Positions 37,391 through 50,497 of a DNA stretch of 64,000 nt are shown piece after piece. The notes below the pieces were generated by a model. That model was not told the origin of the DNA and did no database searches. It saw only the letters and a list, made by a program, of their open reading frames with translations. Origin of the DNA: Eledone cirrhosa (Eukaryota); NCBI GenBank assembly GCA_964016885.1, contig OZ024740.1, positions 213,776,001-213,840,000 on the forward strand, read 5' to 3'. How positions within the stretch are numbered: the stretch's first letter is position 1; every line of letters begins with the position of its first letter. Made by a program: the position numbers and the translations under genes.

Positions 37391-37528
37391 CTGTCCTTGG
37401 TGATCAATATAATAGAAGTATTCTCGTATATTAGGTTCCGGAGATTGGCCTTGAATATAATGGACATTCCTCCTCAATGAACGGAATAAAACCGCCGATA
37501 TTTCAGTTGGAAAAAGTCTTCCTAACAT
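37391..37528 (-). CDS. C8orf82: C8orf82 homolog, exon 1, with a mitochondrial-targeting-like N-terminus
   Basis: MLGRLFPTEISAVLFRSLRRNVHYIQGQSPEPNIREYFYYIDHQGQ. The three exons sum to 624 nt (207 aa). Confidence 0.92.
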
Positions 37529-37559
37529 AGTTTATTGAACTAGAACCATTGTTATTAAT

Positions 37560-37700
37560 TAAAGGAGGACTAAAGTGTTGGAATGAGCATGCGTAAGGCT
37601 GATAAACGAATCTTAATTCAAGAACATCGATTGGTCAATTTTACAATATTTATTTTTAAAGTAACCAATCAAAATGCAGATTATAAAATGTTGTTTGGTT
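37560..37700. promoter_or_regulatory. C8orf82 promoter, probably bidirectional
   Basis: NRF1-like TGAGCATGCGTA at 37584-37595 and opposed CCAAT boxes (ATTGG at 37630, CCAAT at 37665), immediately upstream of the C8orf82 ATG. Confidence 0.55.
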
Positions 37701-37909
37701 AATGAAAGAAGATCAGTAAATTTGAAGTATAATTGATATTACAAAGGTGTTACTGTATATATACACGATACTATACATATATATACTATATAATATATAC
37801 TAATGTGATTAAATTACTAGTAAACATATATTGGTTTCATACAAAATGGATACATACGTTGCTGGTTATTATAATTATTTCAACTATAATAACAACTGAA
37901 AGCTAAAGG

Positions 37910-37943
37910 ATGGCCGAAGACCAGGATCGTGTATTTAAGCTAC
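37910..37943 (+). CDS. Possible first coding exon of an unidentified divergent gene (MAEDQDRVFKL)
   Basis: Good start context AGGATGG and a perfect GTAAGTA donor at 37944. No downstream exon identified. Confidence 0.35.
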
Positions 37944-40900
37944 GTAAGTATTTCATTAACAACATCACATCTCTTACACTTCAGTTTTACTACCTACAAC
38001 ACTTTCTTCTCTAATCTAGTTCCAGTTTTAATATTTTCTTTGGTTTAATTACACTAAAGTTGTTTTTAAAACGGGAATCATCAATGCTTATTTGTATCTA
38101 AATCTTGTTCATGTTCCGACATGGTATCGTGTAATAAGACAGTCTAACATTATATTATATTATATTGCATTGTATTATATTATATTATATTGCATTGTAT
38201 TATATTATATTGTGTTGTATTATATAGAAGTTATCCGTAGTATCATTCAAATTCAAGAAACATCAACCCCCTCTCAATATATTTCGATCTTAGTCTATAT
38301 TGAAGTGATAGCTAACAAGGTGTTCGATTACTTCAATCTATCATTATATGTCGCAAACACCTGTCTTTTAATCAACAATTTTATATTTTTCAATCATTTG
38401 TTGTTGTTTTTTTGACAATATATATATTTTCCTTGATTTCGAGGTATGATTCTTCCTTATCCAATTAATTACCAACGTTTTATTGATGAAATTCCTTCAC
38501 ATATATGTACACAGAACTAATAAAAGGAAATAACATTACAAATTATTTATAATTCCTACAGAATGAAAATAGACACAAATAATATATTTTATATTTATCA
38601 AATATATAAGATTAAATAAAACGACCATCAATTCACCACCAATTGTCAAATGAAGTTTTTAAAAATAATTTTTGAGGTCATTTCAAATATTGAAGTAGAT
38701 TTTATAATGAATGATTTATTTATTATAACTGAGTAATTTATATTAGTTTTTGTTTTGTTTTGAAATAAAACCTCAGGCGTTTCCACTAAACCTTCCAGAA
38801 CAAACAATTTACCTCAGTTACTATCATTTTTATTATTAATTAAATTAAATTTGAGGTGTTTTATGCAAACATTTACCTTTATTTCTAAAGTAATTCAGTT
38901 AAAATTCAGAAGTAAATACAATATCTGCTGTTTCTTCTTTACTTTATATCGAAATGTCAGCCTATAACATTGTTATAAGCACCGACTATAGTAGTAAAGA
39001 ATCGGGACATTAAAAGCCACTTGTTGATATAATTGTACCGTTAATAGGTAAAATTAAGTGGATTCTTAAATTATTGAATTATAAGGTTATATAAATTCTT
39101 CCTTTATATAGAAACAACTGTGAAACATTCTCAAAATGTAATATTTATTACTGGAAATGAAACGGTGTAATTTCAATTTTTGTCTAATAAATGAGAGAGA
39201 TAGACGTTAATTAATGAACTTTGTTTATTGAAAATAATAATATTAATTTCTTTATTGGTCACAATGATAATAATGTTTGTTTTGTAGTATAAAACGCATA
39301 TTTAACTTGAAATACAATTAAAATTATTCTTTAATGTAAGGTATATTCCCAATGTTGCATGGTTTAGGCATGGCTCAGTCTTACCTGCTCCTACAATATA
39401 ACATTCCTTCAAGCTAAAAAACAGTAACTATACCTGCTAAAAATTGTAACTTAATCTCTCAAATTTCAATATAGTGTTTTACGAAAGGAAGGACATATTA
39501 TGTAATGCAGTCCAGGATACATTATGTTTTTAGAAAGAAGAAGAAATAGTCATGACTGGAACGCTTTTCATGATAGATCTTCTGGATGTGGGTCGACCTA
39601 GGGTTAAACAACATATGGCAACGCTTTTAGTAGTTTGGTATATAAAAATTAGACATCTTTTGTGATATTCTTCTCAATATCATTACAAGATGATGTAGAA
39701 AATAATAAATCCACACTGCAGTTAATATTGTCCATTCCGTGACCATATTTTAATGGAATGAGTTGCAATTAATTTCCAAAGTAGTCTAGAATTTGGAAAT
39801 ATTTACTAAAATAATTAACTTTGCTATCATTAAACTGGTATTTAGAATATACAGCATAATGTTCTGACTTATAATTATGGTAGGAGGTTTTTTATTTTAA
39901 TATGAACACTTTAAAATGACCAATTTTTATCACAGACACTGAAGTGGCCTCAAGTTGGTTGATTTCTATAATTTGAGCTATGCTAGTTGGAATTTCTTAG
40001 GGGAGCAGTATGACAAATTGATGAAGTATATCATTAAATAATAATGGTTTCTGATTTAGGCAGAAGGGCCAGCAATTTTGGGTGGGAGTTGATTAAATGA
40101 TTACCAGAGTGTTACTGGTACTTTATTTTATCCCCCCCCCCCAAAAAAAAACGATGGAAGGCCACATTAACCTTAGAAGAGATGTAAGCGATGATAAACT
40201 GAACCACAATCTTTCCTGCATTAGTCCGCCGGGGCTGTGGGGAGGTCAGCACGTGGGACCCCATTTGCTCACCATACAGAGAGATGGAGGCGATGACAGT
40301 TTAACTATATTATCATTCGGACTGTCATAATAGTAAAAATGTCTATAACTCTTTCTAACTATGGCCGACATTCACAATCGAGTGTGACTTGGTAGTAGAA
40401 TCCCATGTTTTTGTTTAGTTTAGTATCTCACTATTCTAAAGTTAGTGTAAAATCTGGTATCTGTGTAAGCTGGTGATGGTCTGGATTAATAACAATTAGT
40501 TCAAAGGAGAGTTCCTATAAGTTCAGTTGTCATGGGGATGAACTCGTTCAACTCTTAATGTCAGCTTAACCCTTTCTGTTTTTTAGTTTTGTAAAATACT
40601 AGTAAAAATGTATTTATTCTGTTATAAATCATTACTGTAGTCATTGTTAATAGTATTATGTTATTGGTATTGCTAGTTGAAGTGGTTTATCTTATAATTA
40701 AAATATTCTACAAACATAAGTTATATTAAGTCATTAAGTATGAAATGTCCGAAAATAAACTAAACTTTAAATTGGAAATAGGACATTTCATATTTAATGA
40801 GCTGATACAATGAAATATAAAAAAAAAAGGATAAACAAAATTATGTAATGAAACAAAAGGAGAAGGGGTAAAGGAAGGCAGATCTGGCTGTATAGGAAAG

Positions 40901-41219
40901 GATTATAAATGCCATAGATAGGAGGGAAAGAGCAAGGATTATTAGTCAACAGAAGAAAGAGTGGGGGAAATGGGAGAGGGTGATAAACTCTACACCTAGG
41001 TTAGGGCAGTGTTATGACTGCGCCCCACTACAAAGGTATTTCTGTGAACAGTGGCTAGCCACGCCCCTGGCGGGGCTCATTCCTCAGATGGGTTGTTGAC
41101 GTTCCGATTTTATGGAGGAGCTCAGCTGTTGGGGGGCTGAGGTCTCGATGACGACTGATGCAATTTGTTCCATTGTTAGGAATCTAAATAAAGAAGTATT
41201 ATAGTTATGTCTCTATCTA

Positions 41220-42655
41220 GTTAATCCAGATGTTTGGCATCTTGGACAAATTTCTTTACCAAAGCAAATAAAGTGTTCTGGCAGACCATCTGCCGATTTT
41301 GTAATAATAAGTCCTCCTCCATGTCTGCTATCAGGAACACATCTGGTGTTCTCCTCTCTTCAGAGAGGTGCATCCTTGCAAGAGAATATTCTGCTAATCT
41401 CTTAAACCTGATCACAACAACATCTGATGTATAGAAGGTGCATCTGGGAATGATGACTAACTTCTCAGAGGCTAAGGTCACAAGAACAATTTAAGAGTTC
41501 AAAAGTGGCAAGGCAGCTTGAGAGGATGAAATTCAGGCCAAGATGTTAAAACCCTTTAATACAGAAAGAATTCTCTGGCTGACTCATATGTGCCAGGTGA
41601 CCTGGATTTCTGGAAAGGCACCCAAACAATGGCAATTGGGAGTGATAATCCCAATTTAAAAAAAAAGAGACGAATGATTGCTTTAATTAAAAAGGGATCT
41701 TCTTGTTAAGCATACCTACTAAAGTCTATGCTAAGTGTCTGGCAAAGAGATGTAGGGAGATTGTTAAGCATACCTACTAAAGTCTATGCTAAGTGTCTGG
41801 CAAAGAGATGTAGGGAGATTGTTGAGTCCAAGCTAGCTGATGAATAATGTGGTTTTCACCTTGGATGTAGCACAGCTGACCAACTATTCACACTGCAACA
41901 GGTTTTTGAGAAATCGGAGTGTTGCCAAGAGGTGTATTCTTGCTTTGTAGACCTCGAAAAGGCATATGACTGCGTTACAGGGGATCTGTTGTGGAAGGTT
42001 CTGCAAGATTATAGGATTGATGGACAGCTTCCTGTTGCTCTGAAGTCTATGCGAGTACTATTTGTGTTTAGATAAATGGTGTTAAGTAGAGAGTGTGAGT
42101 GTCGACTCTACCAAGAGTGTGTATTGTCATCTCTCCTGCTTATAATCTTCATGGATTGACATGTTCAGCTGGGTTGGAAGTTGTATAAAGACTGGTGGGT
42201 ATAGGATCAGTTGGTTAGAATTTGCATGTCAGAGATCACCTTCTGTTACTTAACTTGTCAGAAGGTGATCTCTGACATGCACTTGACAAGTTTGATGCCG
42301 AGTGTTGCATGACTGGAATGAAAATCAGTGCTGTGAAGACTGAGACACACGTCCTCTCAAGGAAGCCTGTGCAATGCACTCAGCATGTGAGTGGAGTTCC
42401 ACTGAAGCAGGTGGAGAAGTTCACAGTTCTGATACTACAGACATGTGGTTAGAATGTCTCATGAAAGAGTCGCTGATTTTATGGGCAAAACCAACCGGCA
42501 GGAGACCCATGGGTAGACCCCAAGCAAGCTGGTTGGATAACATCCATGACCTTGGCTGGTCTTGCTTGGGGATACAGCCAGATCAATTGGAGATGGTTGC
42601 ATCTGACTGGACCTGCTGGAAGGAGTGTTTGAGGACTCTTCTCTCTCAGGATTAA
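41220..42655 (+). mobile_element. Decayed RTE-clade LINE (RT region to 3' end)
   Basis: FVDLEKAYD at about 41944-41970, IIPI.KK.D, CVLSSLLLIIFMD, KPTGRRPMGRP...W. Many stops and frameshifts, plus a 58-bp internal tandem duplication at 41703-41818. Confidence 0.8.
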
Positions 42656-42807
42656 AAAGAAGAAATCATTCAAGTACTGAATTCCTACTGAACATTCTGG
42701 CTAGTTTCAGTGTTTTTCTGAAATATAACTGGTATGTTGGACACTTTAAACTGAGTATAAGTTGTTTTATATAAAGTACTTCTTCTTCCAAGTTTCTTGT
42801 CAGAATC

Positions 42808-42992
42808 TCAAAGGTTGCTACAATAGCTAGACCTCACCACCACCCCTGAAGATCTCTCCTAGTAAACATAAGATCCCTCAAGATTGCTACACTAGCTAGA
42901 CCTCACCACCACCACTGAAGATCTCTCTTAGTAAACATAACCCTGAAGGTTGCTGCAATAGCTGGCCTCACCACGGCCACTGAAGATCTCTC
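42808..42992. repeat. About 65-bp tandem repeat, 3 copies
   Basis: Repeated TTGCTACA.TAGCTAGACCTCACCACCACC.CTGAAGATCTCTC. Confidence 0.8.
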
Positions 42993-43631
42993 ATATTTGA
43001 GTGTGTTTGATAGTTAAATTACTTTGAGTAGTTTTTTAATCCCTGGCTCTACTTATCATTTTATATGGTACCTTCTTCATCTTCGGCCACTTATTCCTGG
43101 GAGGGTCATGAGGGCAGAGTCCTCAAGTACACATTCCAGTGGTTCCTGTCAGAAGCAACTGTCTACAATTGATCTGACTGGATCCCTAAGTGAGACCAAC
43201 TGAGCTCATGGATGTTATCCAATCATCTTCCTTGGGGTCTACCTCCAGTTGGTTTTGCCAGTAAAATCTGTCCGGCTATTCTTTCCTGAGACATTCTAAC
43301 CACACATCCATAGTATCAGAGCTGTGATCTCTCAATTCAGAGAAGTAGTGGCTCTACCTGGAGTGACTGTCTGATCTCCGAGTTACACACTCTATCGAGT
43401 AATGTTGCTCCAAAGACCCTTCAGAGGAACCTCATTTCGGCCACTTGTATTCACGATCGTATTATTTTGGTCATTACCCAAGAAAATGCGTTCTATCTTT
43501 TATTGTTTAATGATGGTAATCCATTAAATGTTGTGTAGTGGTTAACTAAGTTCTGTAAAATGTAAACAGAAATAACACATTACACTGAAGAAATATTTTA
43601 GTTTAATGCTTGAAATAATAGGAAAAGAGAC

Positions 43632-43871
43632 TTAACCCTTTAGTTAACAAACCGGTCAAAACTGACTCTGGTTCTATGAAATAAAAGCACCCATTTTAAA
43701 GGTTTCCAATTTAAATTAAAATCTTCCAACATAATTTTATATAAGAATCTTATATTTAGTTACTATGTTAGTAATGAAATCATTAATAATTTTAGTAAAT
43801 CCCTGAAAATTCTTCATTAATTAATTAAAATCGATTGTATTTCATTAGAAATGTGGTCATGAAAGGGTTAA
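43632..43871. mobile_element. Second piggyBac-type MITE family; related copy at 25771-25989
   Basis: TTAA-CCCTTT...AAAGGG-TTAA termini. GTATTTCATTAGAAAT.TGGT.ATGA is shared between copies. Confidence 0.75.
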
Positions 43872-45059
43872 CGTTTTGGACACTAGTCCTTCATCAGAAG
43901 ATAGAATGAAAAATAAACGATCAAACAGAAAAATAGAGAGTGAGAAAAGGAAAGAACAGGGGAAAAAAAAACTTGTATATTGAGTCATCCATTTTAGTTT
44001 GCCTGTTTATTGGTGATAGCCTGAGAATAATGTATTAAAACAGGTTAGTAATGTGTCCCTAAAGGATGTTTGAGAGCAGCCAGTCAGTGTTAATACAATT
44101 GTCTCTCCTTTGTAATCTTTTAATAATATCAAATATCAATATTTTCTAACATTGGAGTCAGAACAGAAATTTGGGGTAGAGAACAGTTGATACATATTTT
44201 ATCAACCCCAGGAGGAGGAAAAGAAAAGACAACCCTACTGGGATTTGAATGCACACTAAAAGGGATGTAGCTAAATACCAATGTTTTATCTGTTGTTTTA
44301 TAAGGCACATCATCATAATTTAATGTCCACTTTCCCTGCTATCAAGGGTTGGACGGGTCTACATAGACAAAGTCAGTACTGAAGCAGGGCTAGCTAGGGT
44401 TGGACAGATCTACATAGACCAAGTCACCACTGAAGCTGGGCCACTGATGGGTTGGATGGGTCTACATAGACCAAGTCAGTACTGAAGCAGGGCTCCTGAC
44501 CTCCCAGACAGGCTGAGAAGTTCTGTATCCTGTTTACATAGTCATATCAAGTGCAGAGGTGAAGTGGTGTCTTTCGACACAAACTGAAAGATCCAACCAC
44601 TTTACAGCATGTACTGGGTGCTTTTATTGTGTAGATCACCAGCACTAGGGAGGCTGTCATGTCCTTGACACAAACTGAAGGGTCCTCAAAACTCCTTGTT
44701 TGGCAAGTTTTCTATGGCTGAATGACATTCCTATTGCCACCCACTTTACAGAGTGTACTGGGTGTATTTATCATGTAGATCAGCAAATTTCCGTAAATGT
44801 TGGCAACCATCTTCAACATATCTGCCATCCATTCATGCTTCCATTGGATGTTTAATGTTACATCTTACATTTTTCTTATTTCATCTTAAAAAATAATTGT
44901 TTAACTACTTCATTGCTGAGAGAAGAGAAGACTGCTCTGGTATGGAAGCTGATAAGTAGAAGGAACCTTTGGAAGAAGAAGAAATTGGGGAAGCTGGTTT
45001 CATAGTACATGGAATAATATACAAATGTCAGGAAATTGAATAGTGTATGAATCATGATA

Positions 45060-45510
45060 TAATGAAAATTATTGTGTACAGTGCTCGGATGTACTACAGT
45101 TCATCAAAGGTGCATGTATAGTACATAGAATAATGTACAAATGTCTGGAAAGTGAACAGTCATGATATACACATAGATACATGTGTGTGTATGGAGGGGA
45201 ATATTAGGTGTAGTGTTGGCGAATGTTGGGAAGCATGGAAGTTTTGAAGGATGCAATGTCCCGATAGCTAACAACTGATGCGATGCAGGGAGTTTGTTCC
45301 ATGCTTCAGCAACTCCGAGCATGAAAAAATGTTTCCGAAGGTCGTGGGACCTGTACTGTTTTCTGATTTTGTAAGCATGTCCTCAGGTGTTAGACACATG
45401 GAATTCAAAAAGGTACTCAAGCTTGTTGTTGGCAAGATGGTTAATAATCTTGTGAGTGTCTACCAAGTCAGTTGCCAGATGTCGGAGCTTTAATGTGTTG
45501 GAGAAAACCT
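45060..45510 (-). mobile_element. 3' end of a CR1/L2-group LINE
   Basis: LKLRHLATDLVDTHKIIN...GHAYKIRKQ...LRKHFFMLGVAEAWNKLP, a typical CR1-group C-terminus. Confidence 0.7.
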
Positions 45511-48111
45511 ATCCAGCCTATGGAAACAAAAGTGATAATGATAACAGGCTATCTTTTTTGTACAATCTTCTGCTACTTTAACTTCCAGTACATATTAATT
45601 AATTTCCTATATCAATCAATACCAATGTAATTATTTCACTTGTATACAATAGGCAATCTCTCTAAAACCTAATTATTTTCTCACATTATTCAGCCATTCT
45701 CACAAGCTTACTTTGCTTATTTAACAGTTCATTTTCCTTTCTCTCCTCTTCAGTCATTGCTGGTAATTTGGTAGTTATATTGTTTCATAGTCATTGTCAC
45801 CTTTGCCCACTTATTTCTGAGAGGGTTGTGGGAGCAGAGTCCTGAAACACTCCTTCCAACGGGACTTGTCAGATCAACCGTCTCCAACTGATCCAGCTGG
45901 ATCCCCAAGTAAGACCAGCCAAGCTCATGGATGTTATCCAACCATCTTGCTCAGGGTCTACCCCTGGGGCTCTTGCCAGTTGGTTTTGCCTGTAATATCT
46001 GTCCTGCAATTCTTTCCTGGGACATTCTAACTACATGTTCATAGTATCGGAGCTATGATCTCTCAATTTGGAGAAGTAACAGCTCTACCTGAAGTGACTC
46101 TCTGATCTCCCTGAAAGCGTGTGGCCTAGTGGTTAAGTGTTGGATTTATGAACATAAGGCTGGTGGGTTTGATTCCTGGACTGGGGTGAGTGGGAGTAGC
46201 ATGCTGTATTCTTGAGCAAGATACTTCAATTCCTGTTGTGTTTCATGATAGGGCTGGGAACTGTGTCATTAAAATGCCCGAGAAACCTCATCACGTGGAA
46301 TGCTACCTCGTAGGATGCCAGCTAAACTGGCATAGGTGTGAGCCGTAAATTTATTTGTTTTCAGTCAACAATATAGGCCTAGGATGAACCATGAAATTTA
46401 ATTTTCAGACAAGAAGACATATTCTTTATGACCAACAGAAGCAGTAGGTTTGTAAATCTCTAACCACGATGCTCTCTAAAATGTGGGAAATCACATAAAC
46501 AGAGTGTACTTAGTAATTTGAACAAACAATCTCTACAGTATTGGCTACTTACAAGTATTGGTTGCACTAATGCATTTTGTACTCATTATAGTTACTTTAA
46601 ATTGAAGTTTGTCTTAAAATAAAAGGACTGACTATTTAAAAGAAAATTAGAATTTGGTTTTTCACTCTAACATAGCAGATACGTAAATGCAGCTATAAAA
46701 TCTCTGTGTGCAAATTAGTCTAATCAGCCGATGTATACTTTAGAGAATACTATATATTCTCAAGAGTTCTAGTGACAGAAGAGAGATACACAATCTTGAC
46801 TAAAGGTGTTTCTCTCTGTCACTGCTAGAACAAAAAGATGATGATAGTCGGATTAAAAGACATAGTATAATGAGGCTGTTTGCTTGCAGATGAATTGTAT
46901 ATTATTATTTCATATAAAACTCACAAATGTATTTGAAAGACATTTCTAAAGAATAGCAGACTATTGACATTGAAACTGTCCTAGCTCAAATTGGAGCATT
47001 GTTTTATAAATTCAAAGTAAATGTTTCTGTTGCTTGATCAATGGAATGGGATATGTGTTAAATTAATGTTTAAGTAGCTGATTATTCCACAGACACGTGT
47101 ATCCTTAACATAATTCTCAAAGAAATTCAGCATGATACAGTGTGTGACAAGGCTGACTCTTTGAATTGTAGTTATAATCTATCTGATGGACTTCAAACAC
47201 CTAATTTCACTCTTAACCCTTTAGTATTTAAACTAGCCATATCCGGCCAGAATTCTTTGACCTTTTTCTATTCAAACTGGTCGTAACTGGCTGCTCATAC
47301 CAATGTTAAGGTATTGTTCTCAAAATAAATATCAAAATCTCATAGATTCGATATTATGTGAAATAAAGCCTTTTCTGTGAAAATACAATAGTAAATATAG
47401 AGTAATGTAAATGCTAAAGGGTTAAAGCTTGGGTTGACTCAAGGCTACGGTAGAAGACACTTTCCCACACAGTGGCATTGAATCTGGACCCTTCATTATT
47501 GTGAAGCAAACTTACCGTATATACTTGAATATAAGCTGAAGAATATATGTAACCAAAAAGTCGATGGTCGAAGAGGAAGGTCAGCTTATATTTGGGGTCA
47601 ATATTTTGACAATTTTCACTAACAACAGTAAATAAGGTTTGGATTTTTGCCCATTTCTCAGACATAAGATAGTGGGGTTGGTTTATATTCAAGTATATAT
47701 GGTAGTTTTATAAATTGTTATATATTTACATGGCAGCTTAAAAATGTGAGCTGATTGCTTAACAAGCTATAAAATGTACAAGTAAAACTAATAAAAATAA
47801 TATGACCATCAACAGTAACAGCAACAACATCAATACAGGGTGAATATGACCATTAACAATAAACTAATAGATTATAGGTAGGTTATAAACTCATAAACAA
47901 TAAATACAAATTTGTTATCACTGGTGGATAAATTCCCCCCAACATCACCTACTTAAAAGACACCTCCATTGGTTTAGTCACATACACAGCCACCTTTGAA
48001 GTGAACTAATCAGCAATGTGTGAGTTGTGCCATAGCCCCTCTTGGGTTGGTGTTAGCAGCGAGGTGGACAATTGAAAATGGAGATTGGCACTATTGGGGG
48101 GAGCGGGAAAG

Positions 48112-49387
48112 ACGGAGACAGTGACAGTGGGAGTTTGGTTCCTTTGTGTTCGGACCTGGTGTATATGAGAGATGGGAAGAGCAGGAGAAACAGGCAGTGA
48201 CAGTGGGAGTTTGGTTCCTTTGTGTTCGGACCTGGTGTATATGAGAGATGGGAAGAGCAGGAGAGACAGACAGTGACAGTGGGAGTTTGGTTCCTTTGTG
48301 TTCAGACCTGGTGTATATGAGAGATGGGAAGAGCAGGAGAGACAGACAGTGACAGTGGGAGTTTGGTTCCTTTGTGTTCGGACCTGGTGTATATGAGAGA
48401 TGGGAAGAGCAGGAGAGATAGGCAGTGACAGTGGGAGTTTGGTTCCTTTGTGTTCGGACCTGGTGTATATGAGAGATGGGAAGAGCAGGAGAGACAGGCA
48501 GTGACAGTGGGAGTTTGGTTCCTTTGTGTTTGGACCTGGTGTATATGAGAGATGGGAAGAGCAGGAGAGATAGGCAGTGACAGTGGGAGTTTGGTTCCTT
48601 TGTGTTCAGACCTGGTGTATATGAGAGATGGGAAGAGCAGGAGAGATAGGCAGTGACAGTGGGAGTTTGGTTCCTTTGTGTTCAGACCTGGTGTATATGA
48701 GAGATGGGAAGAGCAGGAGAGATGGAGGCAGTGACAGTGGGAGTTTGGTTCCTTTGTGTTCAGACCTGGTGTATATGAGAGATGGGAAGAGCAGGAGAGA
48801 TAGGCAGTGACAGTGGGAGTTTGGTTCCTTTGTGTTCGGACCTGGTGTATATGAGAGATGGGAAGAGCAGGAGAGACAGGCAGTGACAGTGGGAGTTTGG
48901 TTCCTTTGTGTTTGGACCTGGTGTATATGAGAGATGGGAAGAGCAGGAGAGATAGGCAGTGACAGTGGGAGTTTGGTTCCTTTGTGTTCAGACCTGGTGT
49001 ATATGAGAGATGGGAAGAGCAGGAGAGATAGGCAGTGACAGTGGGAGTTTGGTTCCTTTGTGTTCAGACCTGGTGTATATGAGAGATGGGAAGAGCAGGA
49101 GAGATGGAGGCAGTGACAGTGGGAGTTTGGTTCCTTTGTGTTCAGACCTGGTGTATATGAGAGATGGGAAGAGCAGGAGAGACAGACAGTGACAGTGGGA
49201 GTTTGGTTCCTTTGTGTTCGGACCTGGTGTATATGAGAGATGGGAAGAGCAGGAGAGACAGACAGTGACAGTGGGAGTTTGGTTCCTTTATGTTCAGACC
49301 TGGTGTATATGAGAGATGGGAAGAGCAGGAGAGATAGGCAGTGACAGTGGGAGTTTGGTTCCTTTGTGTTCGGACTTGGTGTATATG
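48112..49387. repeat. 76-bp tandem array (some 79-bp units), about 16-17 copies
   Basis: GTGACAGTGGGAGTTTGGTTCCTTTGTGTTCGGACCTGGTGTATATGAGAGATGGGAAGAGCAGGAGAGATAGGCA, with unit starts at 48121, 48197 and onward. Confidence 0.97.
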
Positions 49388-50497
49388 TAGATGTTTCACA
49401 GACACGGTCTTCCACTATATCTACAGATATATATTTATCATGTATTTTTAAAGTCAGATCTTGAGTTAATATCTGGTCCTTGTATATATGATGTTGACTT
49501 TTAGAATTGTAACTAGCTGACAATATCTGCATTGGGTGATTGTTGTTGTTGTGTATGGGCAGCCTCTGTCCCTGATGCTATGCATGCAGAGCCAGATCAA
49601 CCCACTCTGGGCAAATACTGACACATGTAAAAATAATGAATTAGAAAAAGGATAAACTTTTAATACTCCATCTTTTCCAAATAACATCAGCAATGTGAGT
49701 CAAATACAACAGAACTCTCATCTGGATTGTGTATTTGTTTTGTCAGGGGATAAACAGCTGCACTCTGGCACCAGGTATATTTGGATTATTTCATAACTTT
49801 GGCGTTGAGCATCGGACACCATGCTTTGCAGCATGTAGTTATGTCCCTTTACATTCTAAGTTCAAATCTCGCTGAAGTTAGCTTTACCTTTCATCCTTAC
49901 GGAGTTGATAAAAATAAAGTACCACTAATATACTGGAGTTGATTTAATCGACTTTTCCCTCTTTCCAAAATTGCTGGCCTTGTCCCTAAATCAGAAACCA
50001 TTATCATTAATACAGTATTGATAGTGTTGAACAACATGCTTTGTGGTGTATAGTTACAGTCCTTCACAATAAACTCAAGTGAGCATAGAAAAAATAGAAG
50101 TTAAATGATGATGATGATGAATTCAAATAAAAAAATATTGATAATTCTGGATAAAACCAAAATATAATAATAGTAACCCAATTCCTAATAAATAATCTAT
50201 ATTTTTTGTCATGGATTTATATTTTTATTGTGTTGAAGTTTTGGATATAAATTTCACTTAAAAACATGATAGAGATGCTGTGGTGTGTAGCAGAAGCCAA
50301 AGTTGAGGTTTGTCTAGAAACAAGGTGACCTCTCTTGTGTTGAGGCCACTATAAAACACTAGGTATACTCTGTAAAGTGGTTAACATTCACATGATAGTC
50401 ACATAGAGTAGAGAGCTCTCTTCTGTTATTTCAAGGACCTGGCAATCTCTCTAGTGCTGGTGCCACAATAAAATGCACCCACTACATTCTTTAAGTA

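Noticed and set aside
41000-41183. Possible minus-strand terminal exon after a TTTATTTAG acceptor, and a possible minus-strand donor at 60341
   Set aside because: No recognisable protein in any frame and no linking exons found; could be repeat-derived.
48606-49532. 308-aa Cys/His-containing ORF
   Set aside because: It is a read-through of the 76-bp array cycling through three frames. It stops at a unit variant, is bounded by an upstream stop, and shows no recognisable domain.
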